Made by a program: the position numbers and the translations under genes
Source: Ginglymostoma cirratum
Lineage: Eukaryota
Direction of reading: 5' to 3'
Assembly: GCA_024137785.1 (NCBI GenBank)
Contig: JAHRHZ010000267.1
Span: forward strand, 26,128,256-26,192,255
DNA: 64,000 nt
Notes under the pieces: model-generated
The model's database searches: none
What the model was told of the DNA's origin: nothing
The model's input: the letters and a program-made list of their open reading frames with translations, nothing else
Part shown: positions 52,415 through 64,000 of the stretch, piece after piece
How the letters are laid out: each line of letters starts with the position of its first letter
How positions within the stretch are numbered: the stretch's first letter is position 1

Positions 52415-52474
52415 CTGTGTGGGTCCTTTGATGTGCTTTCAAATGAGAACTCTTGGTGTAAACTTTGGTGCAGC
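52415..52474 (-). CDS. klf5l: KLF5-family exon 3 (60 bp, zinc finger 1: [21 protein letters not shown])
   Basis: Minus strand reads ttttcag|GC TGC ACC AAA GTT TAC ACC AAG AGT TCT CAT TTG AAA GCA CAT CAA AGG ACC CAC ACA G|gtatgc. Phase 1 at both ends, in frame with the flanking exons. Not in the ORF track. Confidence 0.97.
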
Positions 52475-53384
52475 CTGAAAACAATACATTAGAATGCATC
52501 TCAGTTAAAATGTGTTTTTTTTCTTTTCAGATTTATAATCTGCCCCTCCTGCTTTTAAAAAAAGCTGTTACATTTAATAATTCTAGGGTACACCTGCAGG
52601 CCTCAAACTTCAGGATCCACACAGAATGAAACTGCTGAGTTACTTTGAGAATCGGTCTCTTCAAGTACTATAAATAGGACTATTTTCAGATCATTGAAAT
52701 ATCTTTACAACTGTTTGTTCTAGGGTTTTTCAGCTTCAGAACCTCAATTGATAAATCAGGCATCAAATTTGGCCACAGATACTGAACAGTCTTTACAAAA
52801 AAAGAGAAACAAGGCCAATCTGCAGCATTAAATTGATGAATAATTCCAACTGCTTGTTTATCTCAGTTTTTAAATAGCTGCAATTATATGGATTTCCCAG
52901 TGTTTGAGCAATGAATTTAATGAGACAGAGCAGATTAGCAGTTGAACATCGCAAATATGCTCCAAGGGGTTCGTTGCTACTAGTTTTTTAATCATCTAAG
53001 GCCTCTGTATACAAAACTGATGAAGTAAGTTGGTTGACTAACTAACAAGCTCATCAATCATTTTTGTAAAAAGGACTACATGCAAGTTGGTGTCTTGCTC
53101 ACGTGCAAAATTTCAACTATTGCCATAAAACTTGGCAACAAAGCTGGGCCATAATAAATGCCTTCAAGCAATTTAAAATTGAGCTACACAGACCAAGAGG
53201 ATTGCAGATACATTCACCAGTCTGAACAGGTACCTAGTCTCTTAGAGCAGAAGTAAGGCTGCTACAATTAACTTCACTGCTTCCTGGGAGTCGATAAAGC
53301 AAAAATTGCACCAGATACTTGTTCCTATTCTGTGATTTTGTTTAAAAGTTATTCATTCTTGATGTGAATATCATTGGTAAATTT

Positions 53385-53722
53385 ACTAATGACAGGTCTG
53401 TACAGAATAGATAGGGAGAATATGTTCCCAGTCTTGAACTGATTGCAGATAAGACGGCACAGATTTAAAGTAATTGGTAAAAGAAACAAAAGTGATATGA
53501 GAAAAAAAAAACTTCTACACGTAGCGAGTCATTAAGGTCAGGAATCCACTTCACTTGGTGGAGGCAAGTTCATTTGAAACCTTCAAAAGGGAGTGAGATT
53601 AGTATGTAAAATTGATTAACGTGCAGAGTTACAAGGACAAGGCAGGAAACTGGACCAAAGTGAATTGCTCATTTTGAATGCTGGTGTAGATAAGATCGCC
53701 AGAATGGATCCTTCTGCATTAT
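53385..53722 (+). mobile_element. Old CR1 3' fragment in intron 2
   Basis: ggcacagatttaaagtaattggtaaaagaa...cttcaaaagggagt, similar to the 10.8-kb copy. Confidence 0.6.
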
Positions 53723-53826
53723 ATGAGAAAGAGATATGAGAAGAGGCGTGGCAGTGAAACGAAAATCATTCATTATTCTTGGTAGGTTACGTACTTAGAA
53801 TTGTTTAAGTAAACAAGCACTCATAC

Positions 53827-54700
53827 CTGGGAAATCACAATGATGAATCCGTCTCTTCTCCAACTCAGGGTTGTTACGTCGACTGTATTTTGTTGTCTGG
53901 AAGCCAGGTTGACAGGGCTGCATGGTTGTCTGAAGACTATGCATTTGTGGATGATGAACTATCTTTGATGCTACTGATGCAGCATATGATGGAGGTGGTG
54001 AGAGTGTATTGATAAGGTCAGGCTGGTTTTCTGGGCTACCAGGTTGAGAATTTGGAGGTGATGGCGGCAGATATGAAGTTTGTTGCTGATAAAACTGAGC
54101 TGGTACAACAAAGTTGTTTGGTGACGATACAACTGGCTGAAAGTGTTTAATTGCTGACTGGGTAGACAGGCTGGTTGCTCCAGCCATGCCTGTTGACATG
54201 GTAACACTGTTACAACTGTGAATAACTGTAGTGTTGCCAAGTGACTGGGTAGAGCTCAAAGGCATGTTGACAACATCTGTGTTGATTGGCATCTGATACA
54301 GTTGGGGCTGATGCGAACTCACAGGCAGTTGTAGCTCAGGGGAAGAGGCTTCCTGCTTGATGAAGATATTATTCACAGGAACTGACTGCGGCACACTGAA
54401 CACACTGGTGAATTCAGGCAGGGCATGCGTTGTAGTGGACGTGCATGACTGGGTGAAGTTAGTGGCTGGCTCTGTCTTGACTTGTGGGAGAGCTTGCTTC
54501 GTTGGTCTGTAAAGGCCCGTTCTCAAGTGGGTGATATCAGGCAGGATCAGGTTGATATTCAAGCTGTATGGCGATGTTATCTGCTCCTCAAAAAACTCGT
54601 CTACCACTGAGGCACTTTCTCTTCGATATTTCTTCTGATCCAGAACTGTTGAGGCTGGTGGAATTAGTGGGGCTAGATACTTGTCCATTTCCGATCTCAC
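53827..54700 (-). CDS. klf5l: KLF5-family transcription factor (probably klf5-like paralogue), large coding exon 2 (activation/regulatory region and start of zinc finger 1)
   Basis: Translation VRSEMDKYL...RRESASVVDEFF...YSLNINLILPDITHLRTGLY...VKTEP...FIKQE...LPPSPPNSQPGSPE...SPPPSY...YSRRNNPELEKRRIHHCDFP matches KLF5 hallmark motifs. AG acceptor at 54702-54701 (phase 0), GT donor at 53826-53825 (CCAG|gtatga). Length 874 bp = 291 codons + 1 nt. Confidence 0.95.
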
Positions 54701-56729
54701 CTTTTTTTAAACAAAAAAAAATGCACTTATTTTGAGTACACTGTTAAAATATTAAAGATGATAAGTTTTAAAGTTTTTAATCTTATGATGCCAGAACAAT
54801 GAACTGTTCAGAGAAAGCTATTGTTTCAAATCATTTTGTCGTAGTGCACTCAAATGGCACCTTTTGATAAATTAACCAGTACCTACATACTTTCTAATGT
54901 AATGTAATTCTTAAGACAAATTTTAAGACAGTGTTTTGTATCTAAGATCCCCTAGTCAGAGAAGCTGATTGTTATTTTCAAGCTTACAGCAGGCTTTATC
55001 TAACACTTGTAAAACACAACTTGATGACACCATTTGCTAAATTCCATAAAACAGTAATTTGCCTAATGATTCAAATGGCAAACATTGAGATGATCTTCCT
55101 AATTATTTACTTATTCCTAATGAAAATTCCTTTTTCCACATTTTTCAAAAAATTTCCTCACTTTTTCTACTCAAAATGACTTTCACGCATGTACTATCCA
55201 TGACTGAAAGCAAAAACGCAAGTCTCCTCTAGATCTATGCTTTGAAACATGCAGTTGGATGAAAGTAGCATTTTATTCAGTCTATAATCTCTGCTCGGTG
55301 TTATGAGATCCCAAATTCAGTAAGAGAGCAATCCGTGATGTTAACTACTAGTTTATCACTCAATGTCACAGTGTGACCAATGTTGCTACATTGCCCATGA
55401 AGTTAGCCATCAGAATATTTATGACATTATATTGAAAAATAACAGCATATTCACCCTCATTATTGGATTATTTATCAAGATAAGCAGTTTCTAAATGGTT
55501 CTCCATTAAAGTTAGATGTTTGGTTTCAACGCCACCGACAGTTTTGGTAAGTAGTCCAACAAGCATTATTGCTTCATAATGCTGTTATAATTATTATGAC
55601 ACCATTAAACTTGAAATTATTCTAGTTTCAGAAATGTTTCATCTTTAAAAATGGCAGTATTATTTAGCAAAATTTTATCTATATTGTACTTAATTGTAGC
55701 AGCCAAAATCTGGTGTGTGGGTGTTTACTGACAGTAGCTTGACTGGTCCAAGATTGTAATTCCAGCAAAATATATATTAGATATTTTCCTAATCAGAGTG
55801 ACTTTGTATTTCAAAAGCATAACAGTCAAGACAAGATGTCCTGTATTTTTCTAATAGCTTCTGTATGATGGGAGTAATTATGGATTTCACAGCAATACTT
55901 CTTGGATATCATTCAATTTTTCCATCCTTAACTAACAATCCCATGCAAGGGAGTTTCAGGTCATCTGGTGGTCGTACCAGGAGTTCACAGCTACTCCACC
56001 ATACCAAGAATACCTCAATAAATAATGAGCATACTTTATTGAATAACAGCAATTGAAAGCTGTATGTTTTCCAACTAGCTGTGCCCAGATCTCTTAACAC
56101 TCCTTTAGCTTTTCTCCTTCCTTTTCGTGTGAAGGAATATGTGCTTCCTTTTAAAGTAATCTGCTCACCATGGTCCATATTGATACTCCTGAAGGTGCTG
56201 CACAATAAAATTGTCAAAGAGGTAACTAAGCACAAAGCATGTTGTAAATGACCAATAGCACTCTTCTATCACATGTTTCAAGCTGTTTGTTTTAGTTCTG
56301 CAGATGAATATTATTGGGTGAAGTACATAGTATTTCAATTACTTCCAATTACCACAGCCTGCTATTCGTTGTAACCTGTCATATTAAATGTTTTGTTGCT
56401 GTATTCTTATGTTAGCATTAGCTGAAAATTGAGGTTTCAAGGTCAACTCAAGAAACTTGAGCATTAACTCTAAGCTGATGCAGCAGTGCAGTTACTGAGG
56501 GAGCGTTGCATTGTTGATATTGTTTCCCTCCAATCTCTGCTTGATATAAAAGATTTCATGGTGCTACTATCTCATAAAAGGAGAGTTCTCTGAGATTCAA
56601 GACCAATGTTTATCCTTCAGAAAATATCATTTAAATGGATTACCTTATTACAGGTTGTACCTAAAATAGCTGCCATAGATCCTACATTATAAGAGCAAGA
56701 AATATATATAATATTATATAATAAAACCC

Positions 56730-58170
56730 AGGGCATTTTACAGGAGCAGTATAAAACAAAATATGACACCAAACCACATTGTATCAGAAAACCAAAAGCT
56801 AGGTAAAATAAATATTATTGAAGGCATGAACGGATTTGAAAACCAGGGTAAGAATATTGAAATGAGCATATTGCTGAACCAGACGCCAATGCAGGGCAGC
56901 AAGCGCAGATGAAATTGGTGAATTGGATTTGCTGCAAGCAAAGATTCAGGTAGCACAGTTCTGGACAGCCTCAAGTCTACCTAGGGTAGAATGCAGAAGA
57001 CCAGTCAGCAGAGCTTCAGAATTGTCAAGTCTTGAAGGCAGCAAAGGCACAAATTAGGTTTTCAGCACCCTATGAGGCCAGGTAGGGGTGAATCATAGAA
57101 CCCCTACAGTGTGGGAACAGGTCCACACTGAACCTCAGAGCATCCCATCCCCCTATAACCCACCTAATCCACACATCCCTATGGGCAATTTAGCATGGCC
57201 AATCCACCTAACCTGCACATCTTTGGATTGTGGGAGGAAACCTCACACAGACACAGGGAGAACGTGCAAACACCTCACAGGCAGTCACCCAAGGCTGGAA
57301 TTGAACCCAGGTCCCTGGCACTGTGAGGTAGCAGTGCTAACCACTGTGCCACTGTGTCACCTGTGAAGTTGAGCATTGCTGCCAAGATATGGTGTTAGTG
57401 ATTATGTGAACATTATATGTTGTCAGAAACTCATGACAGGGTCAAATATGACATCAATTTTGTGGACTTTCTGCTTTAGTCTTAAATCCTTGCCAGGGAA
57501 TGGGACGAAGAAGAACTTGTGTCTGTAATTAAGGAATGGTTTAGGAGTGTGGACTGTAAGCAATCAGTTTAATTTTTCCAATATTTTAATTAGAAAAAAA
57601 TTCTGCTCATCCAGTAATGAACATGAGATAAACAATTTTGTAACTTAGTGACTTTCACAGAATGAAGAGAGGTAGGGTAAGACAGAAGTGAGTGTTGTCA
57701 GCATGTGCAAGCTCGTGTTCTGCTTTCAAATGATGTCTCTGTGGCAAAATGTTGATGAGAAGTTAGGAGAGGTTCAAGAATAGATTTTTGAGGGATATTA
57801 GGGGGTAACTGTGTGAAAGCAGGAAATACAAGTGATACTCTGGGTATGAGTAGATTGATAACAATGGAATGATTCGAGAGCAGTGCCAATCTGCTGGATA
57901 ACAGCGGAGAAGTGTTGGAGAATAATGTGCTGAATCATGTAAAAAGCTGCAGAAAGGTTGGAAAACACAAAGGGGAATTGCCTACCTTTATCGCAATTAC
58001 ATAGGATGTAATTTATACTTTGGTAAGAGTCATTTCGATACAGTGGCAGAGGCAAAATCTCATTGGAGGGTTTCAAATTTGGACACGAAGGATAGGTGAG
58101 CATGAACTTAGGAGGGAGAAACATGTTCTAGGACTTTGGACAGGAAAGAGGGTGGTTGGAATTGGAGCAA
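56730..58170 (-). mobile_element. L2 LINE fragments (interrupted by a SINE)
   Basis: ORF 57798-58124 has CDKG...NLSAAF.MI.H.IL....GTALESFHCY.S, a degenerate L2 RT DLSAAFDTVDH motif. Confidence 0.7.
57090..57361 (-). mobile_element. HE1-like SINE
   Basis: tggcacagtggttagcactgct...gggttcaattccagcc on the minus strand. Confidence 0.88.
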
Positions 58171-58721
58171 GAGGAGAGATATGTTAGGAAGCACTTCTAC
58201 TTACAAAGGGTGGTAGAGCTTTGTAACTCGCTTCCACAAATGGCAGTTAATGCTAGATCAGTTGTTAATTTTAAATCTGAGAAAGATACATTTTTATGAA
58301 GCAAAGATATTACATGGGCCAAAGGTAGCTATGTGGCGTTAGGCCACAAATCAGTAATGATCTCATTAAATGGTGGAACAAGATCAAGAAGCTAAATGAG
58401 CTACTCCTGTTCCTCTGTTCCAATAATTTACAAAATGAATGGATTTAAAGGTAGGTGTTTTTTGAGAGGAGTGATGATGGTAAATTTAAAAGAAGAGAGA
58501 ATTACTAAGAATATCAGCCAACATGGGGAGCCAGGAGGGAAAGTTGGATGGTCAGCACTGGGTTATGTGAAGGATTGCTCTTCAAGCATTCTTCTTTGGC
58601 TATAAAATGCATTAGAAAATCCTGCAATCACGAAAGATGTGATATAAATACAATGCGTTTTTCTTAGAGTTTACCACATACAGACAATAACTTGCTGTTA
58701 AACATTGTTTTGCCAGAAAGT

Positions 58722-61221
58722 CGAGGCAACTCCACCCACCGCCGACGCCGACACAATTCCACCCACAGCCGACGTCGCACGGCGCACCACCGACACCGAA
58801 GTCGCTCTGCCCATCGCCTCCACAGCCAGCAGCTCCAGAGGAGACAGTAGCACGCAGCCCTGCCAAGTCTTCACCATCCTCCCAGACCTCCTCCTTACCG
58901 AGGACGAACAGTCAGTCCTCAGTAAAGGGCTCACCTTTGTCCCCCTCCACCCACACATCAATGAATACCGGTCACGCTTGGACGTTGAAAAGTTTTTCCG
59001 CCGCCTCCGCCTCCACACTTACTTCTTTAACCATGAGCCTAACCCTCCCTCTAATGACCCGTTCTTCCACCTCCAATGCACATCCTCCTCCTGGACACCA
59101 CCCCAAGGCCTCCTACCCTCCCTCGACCTCTTCATCTCCAACTGCCGTCGAGACATCAATCACATCAACCTCTCCACCCCCCTCACCCACTCCAACCTCT
59201 CCCCCGCAGAACGTGCAGCCCTCCGCTCCCTCTGCTCCAATCCCAACCTCACCATAAAGCATACGGACAAGGGAGGCACAGTTGTAGTATGGCGCACTGA
59301 CCTCTACATTGCCGAGGCCAGACGCCAACTCTCCGACACCTCCTCCTACCGCCCCCTTGATCATGACCCCACCCCTGAACACCAAACCATCATCTCCCAA
59401 ACCATCCACAACCTCATCACCTCAGGTGACCTCCCACCCACAGCCTCCAACCTCATCGTTCCCCGACCCTGCACCGCCCACTTCTATTTCCTTCCCAAAA
59501 TCCACAAACCTGACTGCCCTGGTCGACCCATTGTCTCCGCCTGCTCCTGCCCCACCGAACTTATCTCCACCTATCTCGACTCCATTTTCTCCCCCTTGAT
59601 CCAGGAACTCCCTACCTATGTCCGTGACACCACCCATGCCCTCTACCTCCTCCAGAACTTCCAATTCCCTTGTCCCCAACACCTCATCTTTACCATGGAC
59701 GCCCAGTCCCTATACACCTGCATTCCCATACAGATGGCATAAAGTCCCTCCGCTTCTTCCTGTCCTGCAGGCCCGACCAGTCCCCCTCCACTGACACCCT
59801 CATCCGCTCAGCCAAACTCGTCCTCACCCTCAACAACTTCTCTTTCAATTCCTCCCACTTCCTACAGACAAAGGGGGTGGCCATGGATACCCGCATGGGC
59901 CCAAGCTCTGCCTGCCTCTTTGTAGGTTACGTGGAACAATCCCTCTTCCGTACCTACGCTGGCCCTAAACCCCACCTCTTCCTCCGTTACATTGATGACT
60001 GTGTTGGTGCCGCCTCGTGCTCCCACGAGGAGCTCGAACAGTTCAGCCACTTCCACCTTCCACCCCAACCTTAAGTTCACCTGGACCATCTGTAATACCT
60101 CTCTCTCCTTCCTGGTCCTCTCTGTCTCAATCTCTGGCAACCACTTAGAAACCGATATCCATTTCAAGCCCACCGACTCCCACAGCTACCAAGAATACAC
60201 CTCCTCCCACCCACCTTTCTGCAAAAATGCCATCTCCTATTCCCAATTCCTTCGCCTCTGCCGCATCTGCTCCCAGGATGAGGCATTCCACTCCTGTACA
60301 TCTCAGATGTCCTCGTTTTTCAAGGACGGCAATCTCCCCCCCTCAGTGGTCGAGAACGCCCTCGACCGGTTCTCCCGCATTTCCCGCAACTCATCCCTCA
60401 CATCCCCCTCCCCGCAATAACAACCAAAACAGAATCCCCCTCATCCTCACGTACCACCCCACCAACCTCTGGATCCAACGCATCATCCTCCGACACTTCC
60501 GCCATCTGCAATCCGACCCCAACACCAAAGACATTTTTCCCTCCCTACCCTTACCTGCTTTCCGGAGGGACCGCTCTCTCCGTGACTCCCTTGACCACTC
60601 CACACTCCCCTCCTGCCCCACCACACCCGGCACTTTGCCCTGCAACCGCAAGATGTGCTACACCTGCCCCTACACCTAGCCCTCGTCCCCATCCCCGGCC
60701 CCAAGATGACTTTCCACATCAAGCAGATGTTCATCTGCACATCTGCATGGGAACCCTGCAGCCCAATGGTATCAATGTGGACTTCACAAGCTTCAAAATC
60801 TCCCCTCCCCCTACCTCATCCCAAAACCAGCCCAGCTCATCCCCGCCTCCTTAACCTGTCCTTCCTCCCACTTATCCCCTCCTCTCACCTCAAGCCCCAC
60901 CCCCATCTCCTACCTACTAATCTTATCTCGCACCCCCCCTGACCTGTCCGTCCTCCCTGGACTGACCTATCTCCTCCCTACCTCCCCACCTATACTCACC
61001 TTTACTGGCTCCATCCCCGCCTCTTTGACCTGTCTGTCTCCTCTCCACCTATCTTCTCCTCTATCCATCTTCTATCCGCCTCCCCCTCTCTCCCTATTTG
61101 TTTCAGAACCCTCTTCCCCTCCCCCATTCTTGAAGAAGGGTCTAGGCCCGAAACGTTAGCCTTCCTGCTCCTCTGATGCTGCTTGGCCTGCTGTGTTCAT
61201 CCAGCTCTACCCCTTGTTATC
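58722..61221 (+). mobile_element. Penelope-like retroelement (Neptune-like), 5'-truncated, frameshifted, GIY-YIG domain deleted
   Basis: RT motifs LSKGLTFVP, DKGGTVVVW, FYFLPKIHKPDCPGRPIVS, TMDAQSLYTCIP, QTKGVAMDTRMGPS, LRYIDD; Cys linker PCNRKMCYTCP. 13-bp TSD TTTGCCAGAAAGT at 58709-58721 and 61222-61234. Confidence 0.92.
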
Positions 61222-64000
61222 TTTGCCAGAAAGTATTGTGTGTCTTCCAATAACTACCTGTTTTATAAACGTTTTCTCCTGCTGACTATCAGGGCATGTC
61301 AGTGAATCACTGAAGGGTTGCAAGAGATATGCCGTGACAAATGACTTAGTCCCATTCTCCCATATTTTTCCTATTGCATTTTTTCACATCAATTCCATTA
61401 CCTTTCAGGAAACCGTACTTTCAGGCAGTGCATTCCTGATCTTAACCCCTCACTGCTTAAAAAAAATTTTCCTCATGTCACTTTTGTACCTGGAATTAAG
61501 CTATCCCACTAATTTCCTCATACAGTCATTATACTTTTCTCCCACCAGCCCCCTAATTAAATTTACTGTAATTAATTATTTGGTCACAATATTTCAATAA
61601 ATATCTGGTAGTAATGCCGTCTCTGTAGAATATTCAGGTGATATTCATAAGGCATATGATATTTTCTCCATTGGCTTAATATCCTATCGTCCTCTGTGTG
61701 GCTGTTCCCTTTTGTTCACTCAGGTTCACTTTGTTTTTCTTCTTCTTGTAATTCTTATTGGATCAAGGTCATAGCTTTTGCATTCATCCCACAAAGTAAT
61801 AGAATAACTCAGAGACTGATTAAGTCTGGCAGGTCAAACATGACTGCTCCTCCTGTGATGAAAATCTTCCTCACATCAGCTGAAAGCATGTTTGTAATTT
61901 AACATGAAGAGACTTCATGTATGATGAAGTTCCATATGACAGGAACTACACCTCACAGCTAAGAGTATCCTATTGAATACTGACTCAGAATTTAAATGTG
62001 AAGCTCTTGTCACTGCCTTTCAAAAACTATTGACCAAATCGCAGTTCTCTTCAAAATAGACTGGAACGTCACCCTCTGTTATGGACTAGATCATAACTTT
62101 CCATTTGTTATAACTTGGGGCTTTGCAGAGAAAACAACAGCGAAACAAATAACTTTATTATCTCTCCTTAGTTCTGGACCACTTTCTTACTGCTTAATAT
62201 TTCCCGAATTGTAAGACATTGAGTGCAAACTTCAATCAAATCAAATCTCAGGCTAAGAATTCCAGACACAATTAACATTATTTATGTATTATTTATGTAA
62301 ATTACATTAGACTAAATTTATTCATTCTACACTGACATTTTGCACATGGCAAAATGGGGAGCAAAAATCTGTTGTGGATGTGCAGAATTCGAACTGTCCT
62401 TTCTGCATAATCACAGCAGTGCTCCCCTGGATTAGTAAAGCTTCAGAAAATAGATTGCATATCTGTTGAATTCAACAGTTCCCAAAGGCTCTAACTGTTA
62501 AACATATGTCACAGTGAAGTGCCCAGTTGATTCTTGTAGACTTTGTGAGACATTTACAAGAGAGAAATCTGATCAAATAATTTATTTTTCTCTTACTTTT
62601 ATCTACTCATGAAGGAAGCAATAAATGAGGAATTTATAAACTATCTATTGGTATCCTCCTAGAGTAGGAAAAATGAATGGATAATTGTGTTTTGATGAAG
62701 CCAACAATTACTGACTGTAGTTAAGAACATATCACTAAAAGCATTAAGTGCATAATGACGTAGCTTAACAACCAGACATCTGTTCGTAAACATGGTTTTT
62801 GCTGGTATGTAATGGAAAATAGCATAGGAACTGCAGAGATATGCACATACCATCAAACCTTTATCACTACTGATATATATATATTTACATTTTCAAGCAC
62901 TTAAAAGGTGCTTTTTAACAAAATTAAACTAATAATTTGAGCTGAACTGGCAATATTTAATGCCAGAACTTTTTGTATTCCTTATTAATGAATGTTCTTT
63001 ATTAGAATATGTCAAACATTATAAGTCGTGCTATTTTAGTATAGCCCCTCAAACTTAAACATATCACATTCAGTTCTCTCTCTCCTGCCTGTACACCCAT
63101 TGGTCTATATGCTAAGCATCATATAAATTATTGTTGGATCACAATATCACAGTCTGCAATTCCATGTTATATCATGCAAATCAATATCAATTTGCTAAAT
63201 TGGGTCTTTTTTGCATTGTAAACATTTTCTGAATGGATGTAATTAGAATTTAGATAGAAGGAAAATGTGAACTTACTTGACTTGGGGAAGATGTAGTTGT
63301 TTGTAGCAACTGCAGTAAATGTGATTTCAGTAGACCTGACGATTTAATGCTATCTTCTCCTAGAAATATATTGGCCTAGCCAGAAAAGAAAATTAAGAAT
63401 ACTTAACTCTGAAATGTCAGATTCTCTTTTTATTACAAATATTACAAAAGTTTTTGTCTGAGAGTTTTTCCTCCAACAAAAAACAGACTTACTGTGAGTT
63501 TTGTTTTGCAATCCAATCAGCATGACCTCTTTGGAGCCCATGAAAAAAAATAGGTTACTCCATTAACAATACTCTTAGGCAAGGAGGCAACTGAGATTCA
63601 GTGTGGAGATTCACCCTTTTCTAACTTTACATGTCAATCACGGTACCCACTATCTTCCCCCTTGTACTGTGTATCTCAGGTCAATAACATGGCAAAAGTA
63701 GGCAATTTGGCATTTCAATTCTACTGCATGATTCAATAATATCATGGCTAATCAGGTTGTGCTCTCAGCTTCATTTTACTGTTTGTCCTCCATAACCTTT
63801 GACTCCCTTGTCTATCAAAAATCTATCCAATTCAAACTTGAATAAGTTAATGACTCAATCTTCACTATCTTTTGAAGTAGAGAATTCCACACTTGAGACT
63901 CTCATGTATATCTTGAAAGGAGACCTCTTATTCCTAAACTTTGTCACCTATTTTTAATCTCCTCACAAAAATAACACAATGCTTTCGACATTTTGCTTTG

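Noticed and set aside
54698-54700. ORF-track start 'M' of the 301-aa ORF
   Set aside because: It is a GTG (Val) directly after a splice acceptor; the true start is probably in an upstream exon that I could not find in 54.7-64 kb.
58705-59742. 345-aa ORF as a host gene
   Set aside because: It is Penelope-like RT sequence with downstream frameshifts, bounded by a TSD.
61128-61157. Active hammerhead at the end of the Neptune-like element
   Set aside because: The core reads TTGAAGA...GAAACGTT, so the conserved C and the GUC site are altered; likely inactive.
63174-63181. Octamer ATGCAAAT as an Oct/Sox enhancer in intron 1
   Set aside because: No adjacent canonical Sox site, and an 8-mer is expected by chance in 64 kb of AT-rich DNA.

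Overview
Vertebrate genomic DNA, very probably from a cartilaginous fish (shark-type CR1 LINEs, HE1-like tRNA-SINEs and Penelope-like elements; the species assignment is an inference). The one clear host gene is a minus-strand KLF5-family zinc-finger transcription factor, probably the klf5-like paralogue. Three coding exons are visible: 54700-53827 (874 bp), 52474-52415 (60 bp, absent from the ORF track) and 16168-15990 (179 bp). They join in frame at GT-AG sites, with a 36-kb last intron and a probable ~3-kb 3'UTR ending near 12.9 kb. Exon 1 was not found and probably lies beyond 64000. Most of the rest is transposon debris: CR1, L2, Rex1-like, SINEs, Harbinger Myb/SANT relics, a pogo-type MITE and a probable solo LTR. 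The most striking non-genic signal is a Penelope-linked hammerhead-ribozyme system. Two Penelope-like retroelements (Neptune-like 58722-61221, Poseidon-like ~35640-37262) end in minimal hammerhead motifs. At least seven tiny non-coding derivatives are scattered through the window, six with 11-17 bp target-site duplications, and three of them are head-to-head hairpins. Repeat boundaries without TSDs are approximate.
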